Under the pieces are notes generated by a model. That model saw only the letters and a list, made by a program, of their open reading frames with translations, did no database searches and was not told where the DNA came from. Shown in pieces: positions 53,250 to 64,000 of a stretch of 64,000 bases of DNA. The position numbers and the translations under genes are program-made. Each line of letters begins with the position of its first letter. Within the stretch, counting starts at the first letter, position 1. The DNA lies in assembly GCA_964016885.1 (NCBI GenBank), contig OZ024740.1, positions 77,934,001-77,998,000 on the forward strand, read 5' to 3'. This DNA is from Eledone cirrhosa. Its lineage: Eukaryota.

Positions 53250-53988
53250 TAATTGTTTTTACTTTTGGCACAAGGCCAGCAAATAACCAGTACATTACTG
53301 GTACTTTATTTTATCGACCCCGTAAGGATGAAAGGCAAAGTTAACCTTAGAGGGATTTGAACTCAGATCATAAAAGGACGGAACTATGCTATATAATAAT
53401 GTTAATTGTGAAAACCAGATATAGATATTCATAATTCCTTTGTTCATAATCATCCATAATACATATTTCTGAAGTGTTCTTCAAGATAGTGATCACGCAA
53501 CTACCAACATGACTTTATAAGACATCTTAGATAATAAGGCCTCTTGTTTTCTGAACGTATGGTCAAGTTAGGGCTTTGAAACCTTGGGTATGTCTTTGTT
53601 CCGAGTATGAACATAAATAAATATAATATTTCTGCTTTCTTCCCGATTGAGCATTGGTTTCCGTTTTCCTTTTCACATCTACGGATATTGCCATATATAT
53701 ATATATATAATCATCATCATCATTTCACGTCCACTTTTCCCTGCTTGCAGGGGTGGGACGGGAACTGATTCTGGCTTGATTTCTACAGCTGGATGCCCTT
53801 CCTAACACCAACCTCATTTACAGTGAGTGCTGGGTGCTTTTTTGCCGTGGCACCTCCACGACCACTTTGCAGTGGAATGATATGGACTCCAGTCCTTATC
53901 GTGTCTTGCTCAAGGAAACAACACATCGCCCGGTCTGGGAATTGAACTCACAACCTTTCGATTGCAAGGCCAATGCTCTAACCACTAA

Positions 53989-54023
<35 letters not shown>

Positions 54024-54088
54024 GTGACCAGAAATAGCCGTCGAAACGGCTTGAGCCCTGCCGTCGGGGTTAAACATTTTCATATTTA

Positions 54089-54125
<37 letters not shown>

Positions 54126-54285
54126 CCAGTCCACACTGTAAACGTGGTTGGTGTTAGGAAGGGCATCCAGCCGTAGAAAACCTGCCAGGCAGTCCTATAC
54201 GAGCAAGACAGCCAATCTTGTCTCACGTGGGACAGTTCCAGTCTAAACCCATGCTCGCGTGGAAGATAGACGTTAAACGATGATG
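53250..54285. mobile_element. SINE cluster: family A (-, 53250-53390), family B (-, 53710-53992), family-B-type tail (+, 54125-54285)
   Basis: Matches to the consensus blocks above. Confidence 0.85.
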
Positions 54286-54317
<32 letters not shown>

Positions 54318-55659
54318 CCACACACACCCTCAGCCACTCAGTTCTTCCACCCATCCCAAGCTCGTGTAACTCTTTCCAATAGACAGCCCCCTTTCTTTAT
54401 CCTCACACTTGGCCCAACCTCGCCTTCCACATCCAATAATAGAAAGCTGGGAAATCTCCATCTAGTACTGTGATAAAATGTTCAGAGTTGGACATCCAGC
54501 CATGTCAAAATGAAACGTGAACTAGATATAAGTCATCTGCTCCATCTAGTCTCAGATGATGACACCCCAACTGGTCCAGGCAGGCAAGGAAAATTCTCGT
54601 TTAATGATGCTGTGTTCCCCCTGTTACAATCTGATGCACCTTCTCTGTCCATTCCATGCATGTATAGATAGCCGGAGATGCTCCATAATATGCTCCCAAA
54701 TGCAGCTTGCTCTCTTCAAGGCCTCGCCCATGACACATTGGATTGCTTTCTCATGGTGCAGGTGCCACGACAAAAAACACCCAGTCCACTCTGAAAAGTG
54801 GTTGTACTGGTGCCATGACAACATGTACCCTGTTCATCTTGTAAGGAGGGAGTGGTGGCACATTGGAAAAAAATAAGCTCCCAGTACATGCAGTAATGTG
54901 GTTGGCATTAGGAAAGGCATCCACTTGTAGAAAACCAAGCCCCAAATGGAACATATCAGCAGGATTTGGTCATCTGACCTGTCTATCTCTCTATTTAACT
55001 ATTGTCTATCAGTATGTGTTTAATTTCTCCTTCTTCCCTCTCCCTGTCTCTGATCATTTTATTCTATTCCTCCTCTCGTTATGTTTATTTAAACATGTTT
55101 CTCCCCTCTTTTAAAGTTCCCCCCTCTCCTGCCTTCACTCAGCTTTCCTCTCCCCCTCCCCTTCACTCAGCTTCAACTTGTCTCTATACCTTCTACCTCC
55201 CCAGCTCCCCACCTCCAATCTCTACCCACCACCACCACTGCTCTACGCATTTCTCTGTGTCAACTTTTTAGAAAGATAACTGCAGTTCTGTGTCCCTTTT
55301 CATACACTAGTATCGTTCATAAAAATATGTCTCTCTCACTATCTCTCTCTCGTACCCTTTCTCTCTCTCTCTCTCTCTCTCTCTCGTACCCTCTCCCTTA
55401 ACTTTGCTTCTATATATTGTTTTCCTTTCTGTATATACTTTATTTAATGAACTCTAATATCTTTCTCCACTCACTCTCTCTCTCTTATTCCCCCTCTCTC
55501 TCCTATCCCTCCCTCTCTTAGATAATTTATAGAACTGATTACCATGTTGCTAACTATAGTGTAGTGGCATGTCTATTAATGTATTAAGGAGAGATAAGTA
55601 TGATTCCATGTTTTGTAACTACCAATTATATATACAAAAATAATATGATGTATGTAATA

Positions 55660-56115
55660 ATTAGTGACTGTGCATGTTGTGCCACAGTTGAGGGGCTCAC
55701 CACTGCAGAACAGGAAGATTGAGATGCTATCTGGCCTTTTACCATCCCTTTGGTCTAACTCCCACTGATTTGAGCTGTGATTGGAAGCCAGCAGCATTCA
55801 AGCGATGCTCAATGATCTTGTTGAGAGTGGTGAGCTGTGGAAGGCAAACATCACTGACACAGCACAACAGTGGATATCCCTTTGGTCTAACTCCCACTGA
55901 TTTGAGCTGTGATTGGGAGCCAGCAGCATTCAAGCAATGCTCAATGATCTTGTTGAGTGTGGTGAGCTGTGGAAGGCAAACATCACTGACACAGCACAAC
56001 AGTAGATAAAGACTGGATAAAGAGCGAAAGTGTCTACCATGGATCCACAATGGCATTTGTATTGCATGCAGATCCAGAGACAACGCTCCGGAGAGAGAAA
56101 TGCCAATGCAGAGCC
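55660..56115 (-). mobile_element. Degraded CRE-like fragment with an internal tandem duplication of about 120 bp
   Basis: CHCGSMVDTF, LNKIIEHCLNAAG.SQL, DGKRPDSISIF match the 16.7-16.9 kb protein. Confidence 0.7.
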
Positions 56116-56741
56116 TGTTGCTGGTTGATCATGAGGGTACATCATCATCATCACTGCTTAAAATCTATTTTTCCATGCTTACATGCGTTTGACGGGTTGC
56201 CCACTTCATGAGTCAAGTCTGGCCAACTGACCATACCTTGCTCAGACGGAACTATATTTTGACTGGGAATTTTACAGCTGGATGCCCTTCCTAACACCAG
56301 CCACGTTTATAGTGATCAATAAAAGGATTAAAAGATCTCGCAACTAAATACACATGCTTTCCTCCTGTGCTAAATTTCTTTTCAGGGTATTCCTTTTCTT
56401 ACTCTCATTTATGATTATTTGAGACCCGAGAGTACATATATATGACAAATATTGTGGGTGTAAGCAGTCTTTGTAAGGAAATAGTTATTGTAAGATGATG
56501 TCCCAGCCTATCTGAGAGATTAGTGGTTCAGATTTAGTATTAACTTGATCTTTGATGGCCCATCTAACCATTGCTAGCAGGGAAAACAGATATCAAATGA
56601 TGATGATGACATCTTTCTAGTAAATAAAAATGTAGATGTTATAATATTATTCCTATTTCCACACACTCACACATACCTGATTAAGCCCATACAATTGTTC
56701 AATGTAGGTATCTCAATGACTATCAGAGATATTCAATGGAT

Positions 56742-56957
56742 TTAAGCCTTTAGAATTTACATTACTCTATATTTACTATTGTATTTTCACAGTAAAGGCT
56801 TTACCTCACATAATATCGAATCTATGAGAGTTTGATATTATTTATTTTGAGAGCAATATCTTAAAGTTGGTATGAGAAGCCAGTTACAGCCAGTTTGAAC
56901 AGAAAGAGGTGAGAGAATTCTGGCTGGATATGGCCGGTTTAAATGCTAAAGGGTTAA
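56742..56957. mobile_element. piggyBac-type MITE
   Basis: TTAA-GCCTTTAGAATTT ... AAATGCTAAAGGG-TTAA. Confidence 0.75.
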
Positions 56958-56974
56958 CAACATTACCAAATGAG

Positions 56975-57290
56975 TGTGTCTGTCTGGCAATGTGTGTGTG
57001 TGAGTCTGGCAATCTGTGTGTGTGTGTGTCAGGCAATGTGTGAATATGTCTGGTAATGTGTGTGTGTCTGGCAATATGTGTGTGTGTATGTCTGGCAATG
57101 TGTGAGTGTGTGTGTGTGTCTGGCAATCTGTGTGTGTGTCAGGTAATGTGTGTGTGTGTGTCAGGTAATGTGTGTGTGTGTGTCAGGTAATGTGTGTGTG
57201 TATGTCTGGCAATGTGTGAGTGCGTGTGTGTCTGGCAATGTGCGTGTGTGTGTGTCTGGCAATGTGTGTGTGTGTGTCAGGCAATGTATG
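56975..57290. repeat. (GT)nCTGGCAAT minisatellite
   Basis: More than ten CTGGCAAT/CAGGTAAT words separated by (GT)n. Confidence 0.9.
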
Positions 57291-58599
57291 AATGTGCATG
57301 TTATGCATGTAGTAAATATAGTAGTCACCAGTGAAGTTTCTAGAAACAGATTTAATAAGGGATGCCAGGCAGCAGAGATAGGAGCGAAATAGGGATGGGT
57401 TAACTTCTGATATTATTTTGGAATTCCCCACAGATCAAGTTACCATTTTTTTCAGTATCCAGAAGAATAAAAACACAAGAGGGTTGAGAGTTGTCTCTGA
57501 AGTGGAGTTTTCTATATATGTTAGTAGTAGTGCAAGGGGTTGATGGCATCAGTGTTTTGTATATGTGCATGTGTGTGTGTGTGTATATATGTGTGTGTGA
57601 GTATATATGAGTGTGTGTATATGTGTATGTGTGCATATGTGTGTGAGTATATATGTGCATGTCCGTGTATATATGTGTGTGTGAGTATATATGTGCATCT
57701 GTGTATATATGAATGACTGGGTGTGTATGTGTAGAATTATCTGTACATGTTATAGGCAACTGAAATGATTAGCATCAAGAAGGGCATCAAGCCATAATAA
57801 CATAAGTTTCATTCCTGGCTCATGTTTTCTTCTTGAACAAAATACTTTATTACACACTGTCCTTATGTGCTGGTATGGATTGGGTTGTGCTAGCATTTTA
57901 ACAGCCAGATAGTATCAGCAATGGAAAAGGCAATGAAAACATTGTTTCCTTGATTCAATATAATGATCAGCTGCTTTCCTTTTCTCTCTCTCTTTTTTTT
58001 TTTTTTTAATACAGAAGTGATATTAATTAGATTGAATAGTGTGAGAAAAGTTTAGCTGAAGATATTGAAACTGTGTCTGGTGAAAATGTGTGGCTCAGTG
58101 AGCAATGTTTCATACTCATTGGTTCACCACTGGTTTATTTTACATTGGTAGCTCATTTAGCAGACTTCCTTTTAGTTATTCTGGCCTTTCATTGGTTCAA
58201 TGAAATCTACCAATCACTGGATCATATTTCAATACTTTATCTTAGTCTCTGCTACTTTCAGTGTGAAACTGCTGTTATTGTGGGGAAGGGGTTCTTGATA
58301 GGCTGGAAGGGGAGGGTAAATTGAGTCAAGTTGTTGTTGCCGTTGTTTAGCCCCAAGTCGGTCTTGATCTAGCTAGCATATGATATCAAAACCACCTACT
58401 TGTGTTAGTGACATTAAAAGTACTTTATCTAAAGTACATTTTTACTTTTTAATACCAAATCACCTGAAACCTCCTGTTTTAAAATGTTTCTATTTATCTA
58501 CAAAACATTCCAATGTAGAATCAGTAGAAATGCCATAAGCCATCTCATCCTATGCACTCTGCTAATTCAGTGTCTGCTGCAGCTATACTTAACGCCCAC

Positions 58600-59500
58600 A
58601 TCAAGCCAGACAGGGCTTAGTGCATCATTGAGGTTACCCATGACTGACCTGCTGCCTATCTTGGCTCCAAGTCACTGAAAGACTTTGCCTATTGCAATTG
58701 GGTGCCTCCATCATTCTTTTTTAATGTAGTCAAATTGACTGAAAACAGATGATAGGCATGGCGTGAGAGCTCAGCTTGGAGCAGACTAATTCATGTCTCA
58801 GTGGAGAGTGGCAAGATTAGATCTCTTAGGTGGCCAGATCGCAGGCCATCTACTCCTCGGCTGCTGCTCCCTAGGAAGAATTTCAATGCAAATATCACAT
58901 CTTCACTGGACACAGGCAAAGCAGTGTTACTGTTACTGACAGGGGCTTGGAAGTCCCAGCCATCAGCTGGAGGGGGGGGGGGAGTCCGAATGCATCTAGG
59001 ACATTGGGTGTCGGTCAGAGTACTATGTTGCTTGAGGCTAGTACATGCACTGCAGCAGAAATGTTACCCTCATTTAGTTTTAAATGGACTTAGTCATGGA
59101 CACATTCCATGTAATTGGAAGAGGACTGCATGCACGATGTCTGTACAAGTGTATGAGAGAAATGAAAGACTCATTGGTGCAGGGTGGTAGAAGGAAGTGA
59201 GGTTGCCTCTGAGCCTCAAGGTCAGGAAGGGGACCAATCCATCCCTGTCATCAAGATCACCAATCCCTCCCTGTCATCAGATCTCAAATATGAGAGTCGC
59301 AAAACTGAATAATTTGTTCCAGTCATGCAGGCTGTTGGTCACCATTGTGATCTTAAGTGTCCTCGGTCCCTGTACTACCGATTTCCTCTGTAAAATCAGA
59401 AAAACAGCAGCCTGTCTGAGGAAGGAGCCCCGTGAGGTGGTGTGGCTGATGCAGTGGGTCTCACTGTCCATTCTCCTTTACCATTTTGTCTGTGGGGTGC
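58600..59500 (+). mobile_element. Old CRE-like relic
   Basis: VLGPCTTDFLCKI..RKEPREVVWLMQWVSLSI aligns by eye with VLSPRATSLLTTI..RCEPRELEWLFQRVSLAV at 17.1-17.2 kb; 5' boundary uncertain. Confidence 0.55.
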
Positions 59501-59809
59501 AGCTGAAACATACCACTTTGACTGGTGTGTAGAGTCTGTCGCTGTCTCCCTCTCACTTTTTTCGTTGCTTAATTATTTTTCCTTTGTCTTTTTCTTTTCC
59601 TTTTATCACATTTTCCATTTAGTTTAATTGAAATAAATATTTAATTGATTCAGTGTCTTAGAAAAAAAATAGCAATAGGGTGTAGTAGTTTGAGAGTGTG
59701 CTGTTTGTAGTTTAGTATTAAAAGGGCTAAAACTTAAATTCTGTGATCAGAAGAAGGAAGAAAATAGGAGATAGGGAAGGAAAGGAGAATTTAAGATGAC
59801 AACAATGAA

Positions 59810-59998
59810 TTAGGCACAAGATCAACAACTTGGGGGGGGGGGGTCAATTAAATCGACCCCAGTGCATTACTGGTGTATTATTTTATCGACCTTGTAAGGA
59901 TGAAAGGCGAAGCTAACCTCGGCAGGATTTGAAATCAGAACGTAAAGGGCCATAACTTGGTGTCTGACACTTTACTAATCCTGCCAATCTACTGTCCT
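59810..59998 (-). mobile_element. Family-A SINE
   Basis: Reverse-complement consensus blocks. Confidence 0.85.
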
Positions 59999-61193
59999 TA
60001 ATGATAATAAACATAACGATAAGGATAATGTTGATGTTGATGACGGTAGTGACAATGGTGGTGGTGGTGACAACTCTCAGTGGTTACCATTGAGCTGACC
60101 ACCAAATACCAGTAGGGCCACTTTTTAATAGGGAGTTCAAAGAACATTATGACACCATTTCATTGTCAGCATGAGGTTGTCATCATTTTACAAGACGTGT
60201 TAGTTTTACATCATTTCAACCTCCACTTCACTGAGTGACACTTGAGAAACTAAGTGAAACTTGAGCAACATTTTCACTGCTTTTTTTCCAGATGTCTGAT
60301 AACATCTCTTGCTGGCTAGATAAATAAATAGATAAAAAGGTGCAGGCATGGCTGTGTGGTTAAGATATTTATTTTGCAATCATGATGTTTCAAGTTTGAT
60401 CCCATTAGGTAGCACCTTAGACAAGTATCTTCAACTTTAGCCTCAGACAGACCAATGTCATGTCATCAGGGAAACTTGGTAAGTGAAAACTATGCAGAAG
60501 CCCATTGTTCATCACCCTACCCATGTATTGAGGTTTGTTTCTCCTGTTTGCACAGCTAAACCTATATATATATATATATATATATATAAATATATGAACA
60601 AAGAAGGCATGGTAAGATACCAGATGGACCATAATGCACCAGAGTACTCAATACTTAGGGTAGCCGAGTGGGTAATAGGAAAAGAGTGAGGACCTCGACG
60701 GCTGAGCTCCGGCCGTTGCGACAGCTAGATCCGAACCTCCAATAAGAAACAGGAGCTTGGTAGTAGTGCCGGGATTTAAGTGTGGTAATGGGTCGAAGAG
60801 TGTTCCACTACGGAAGTAGGAGCTATAAAACAAAGAGGGTGTGGTAAGATACTCTTTTCCTATATATAGATATGTATAGATAGGTTGAGTTGCCAGTTTA
60901 GACTAATATGAACATTGTTCAGCTTAGTACTCAATACTTAAGAAAGTAGAGTGTAGGTACTGTAAAAGTTATTGCCTGATGGTTGAGCTCTTGCCATTTT
61001 GTCGGCAGTAATGTCTTTGATGACAGCCTTTCAAAAGATGACCAACTGAAATTCCTACACCATAAATGCTCTTATCAACAGTTTTCCAAGAAATGGTGAA
61101 ATGAACTGACCTGCTTTTTCTCGGAACCTTTTTCCTTTCTACCACTGCCCACTCTCCTCCGTCTTTCTATTGCTTCTTTAATTTCTTATTCTA

Positions 61194-61230
61194 TTTTCTG
61201 ATGAAGGACTAGCATCTAAAACATTTACAC
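61194..61230 (+). ncRNA. Heavily decayed hammerhead (family of 44549)
   Basis: TTTT-CTGATGA-A-GGACTAGCATCT-AAAA-CATTT; flanks align with 44520-44670. Confidence 0.5.
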
Positions 61231-61404
61231 ATTTTCTATGACATGAAGCATGAAACTAATATATATCTTCATTGAACATAGCCTGTTGTGTTTTTTCTGT
61301 TTACTTTTCACACACACATATATATATATATATATATGCGTATATATATAAATATATGCACATATACATATATATGCATATATATATTTGTGTGTAAGTG
61401 TGTG

Positions 61405-61450
<46 letters not shown>

Positions 61451-61937
61451 ATAGATATAGAAATACATGTTATACCTAGGTTGCTATTTCTAGCTTGCCA
61501 AGAGGCAACATAGAGGCTCCCCTCCTTGTCACATTGCCGACTCTGTTATACCTGGCTGGTGGTAAACACAGAATGAGAAACAGATTAAAAAACGTTGGTA
61601 TGATCAGATGTCTGAAGCTGATGATCACTAAGATAACATACTAATGAGAAATTATATATGTATGTATAGGTTTGTGTGTGTATGTTTATATGTATATATA
61701 GGTGTATATATAGGTGTGTGTATATACATATGTATGTTTGTGTGTATATGTGTATATATAGGTGTGTGTGTGTATATATATATACATATGTATGTTTATG
61801 TGTATACACATGTGTATATATAAATATAAATGTATGTATATATGTGTTTATATATGTATCTCTATAACTGTGTGTGTATGTATAGATATCTATGTGTGTG
61901 TGTGTGTGTGTGTTTATGTATATATGTATTTATGTGT

Positions 61938-62147
61938 ATCATCATCATACGTCCGCTTTTCCCTGCTTGCAAGGGTGGGATGGGAACTGATTCTGGCTTG
62001 ATTTCTACAGCTGGATGCCCTTCCTAACACCAACCTCATTTACAGTGAGTGCTGGGTGCTTTTTTACCGTGGCACCCCCACGACCACTTTACAGTGTGGG
62101 TGGTCGTGGAGGTGCCATGGCAAAAAAGAACCCAGCACTCACTGTAA
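61938..62147 (-). mobile_element. 5'-truncated family-B SINE with fold-back inversion
   Basis: Tail at 61938; arms 62039-62087 / 62100-62147. Confidence 0.85.
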
Positions 62148-63129
62148 GTATATATGTGTGTATATGTATTTGTGTGTATGTATACATGTATTTATATGTA
62201 TGTGTGTATATGTATATGTGTGCATATATATGTGTGTGTGTATGTGTATATGTGTGTGTATATATATATATGTGTATGTGTGTCTGTATGTATATATATG
62301 TGTATGTATGCTTATATATATATGAGTTAGTGATCAGGTCTGGTCCCTGCTTCTCATCTCCAACACTCTGCATTTTTCTATTCTATTCATAACTCACTAT
62401 TATCTTCTAAGATGGCATTGGACTGACATGTAGTGGGGTGTTTATCTTTTTCTAGGCTCCATTTATCTTAGTCTCCACGGATCCCCCATCCAATGGAGGA
62501 AAGGAAGGTGGACTGCATATAGCATTACACTTGTATACACATTCTCACACAGACATATTCAGCTTTGAATTAACTATATCATCATTATCATCATCATATA
62601 TCTGTTTTTCCATGCTTGCAAGGATTGAACCAGAAAATATTTATTAGCAAACAACAGGAGTAATATGAATCTTGGATAGTGACCGAAAGATTATATTGTG
62701 AATAAAATAACCAAAAAAAGGGGTGGTGTTAATGGGGGTGGGGTAGTGGGAGGGTGTGTAAATAAAATATCCACCACCTCCTCCCACTACCCCAACTCCC
62801 CCACCTCCATCAACACTACCCCTTTCTCTGTAAAGTTATGTTTGTACCACAACATCCAGTCCTAAATAAATGAGGTTGTGTAGGTGTCACGACAAAAAAA
62901 CACAGTCCACACTGTAATGTGGCCGTGTAGGTAACATGGTAAAACCCTCCCAGTCCACACTGTAAACGTGGTTGGTTAGGAAGGGCATCCAGCCGTAGAA
63001 AACATGCCAGATAGTCCCATACGAGTGAGATGACCAATCTTGCCTCAAGTGGGACAATTCCCGTCTAAACCCATGCTAGCGTGGAAGATAGACGTTAAAT
63101 GATAATGAAAATAGGATTCCTCTAGAGTG

Positions 63130-63590
63130 TCATTAGAATAACTTTCTTGATAGAATGTGTAGCTTGGATATCAGGGAGTCAGTCTAGGTAGAGCCTCTAC
63201 TTCTCTGAATTGAGAGATCACAGCTCCGATACTACAGACATGTGGTTAGAATGTCTGAGGAAAGAATCACTGGAGGGTTGCTCCAGGTAGAGCTGCTACT
63301 TCTCTGAATTGAGAGATCACAGCTCCGATACTACGGATATGTGGTTACAATGGCTCGGGTGAGAATCGCTGAACAGATTTTATGGGTGAAATGAACTGGC
63401 AGGAGACCCAGGATAGGACCCCGAGCAAGATGGTTGAATAACATCCCTGAGCTTGACTAATCTGGCTTGGGGATTCAGCGAGATCAATTAGAGATGGTAA
63501 TTTCTGAAAGGATCAGCTGGAAGGCTTGGTTGAGAGTCCTGCTCCCATGACTCTCCCTAGAATAAGTAGGTGAAGAAGAATAAGAAGTAT
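63130..63590 (+). mobile_element. RTE LINE 3' fragment with an internal duplication of about 100 bp
   Basis: Similar to 14000-14335; the GGTAGAGC..CTACTTCTCTGAATTGAGAGATCACAGCTCCGATACTAC block occurs twice. Confidence 0.8.
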
Positions 63591-64000
63591 TTTAAATATT
63601 TAAAAAAATTAAAATAATTGAAAGGAAAAGTGAGAAAAAAGGCAGGAGAAAGAAAAATAATATAAGATGAGAAAGGAGGGGGGGAAAGTCAACACCCTTG
63701 ACTGGGCAGTATATTTCAGTTGCACCCTGCAGATATAGTGATGAAAGCATTGCTACAGAAAACATCCAGTGACACATGGTCCATCAGCCATTCCATCTCA
63801 CGGGTATCCCCCTTTCTGGCGTATGCACTCTTCTGAATGTTGTGGATGTAAATTGATGTCCAGGGGCCAAGGACATCAGAGGTGTATATATATCACTGTA
63901 AATGTGGTTGGTGTTAGGAAGGGCATCCAGCCGTAGAAAACCTGCCAGACAGTCCTATACGAGCAGGACAACCAATCTTGCCTCAAGTGGGAAAACCCAT

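Noticed and set aside
58012-58320. Coding exon after a strong polypyrimidine tract
   Set aside because: Early stop codons after the acceptor and no recognisable protein similarity.

Overview
AT-rich, microsatellite-dense animal DNA, most likely a coleoid cephalopod (octopus-like, inferred from the SINE families and the (AT)n/(CA)n load). No host protein-coding exon could be recognised; nearly all listed ORFs are microsatellite artefacts. The window is mostly transposon relics: two tRNA-derived SINE families, non-LTR retrotransposons (R4/Dong-like, Tx1/L1-like, CRE-like, and a near-full-length RTE nested in the CRE with an 11-bp TSD), Tc1/mariner and piggyBac-type MITEs, a Helitron fragment and a 4.2-kb (GGT)-type satellite. 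The main signal is about 18 type-I hammerhead-ribozyme (HHR) motifs, intact to decayed, from many sequence-unrelated families. They sit in short elements inserted in (AT)n/(CA)n tracts, often as head-to-head fold-back palindromes. One lies directly downstream of a Penelope-like GIY-YIG ORF whose 5' truncation point is a snap-back hairpin. Together these suggest a family-rich system of Penelope-mobilised, ribozyme-bearing, microsatellite-targeted fold-back elements. All coordinates were read by eye and repeat boundaries are approximate.
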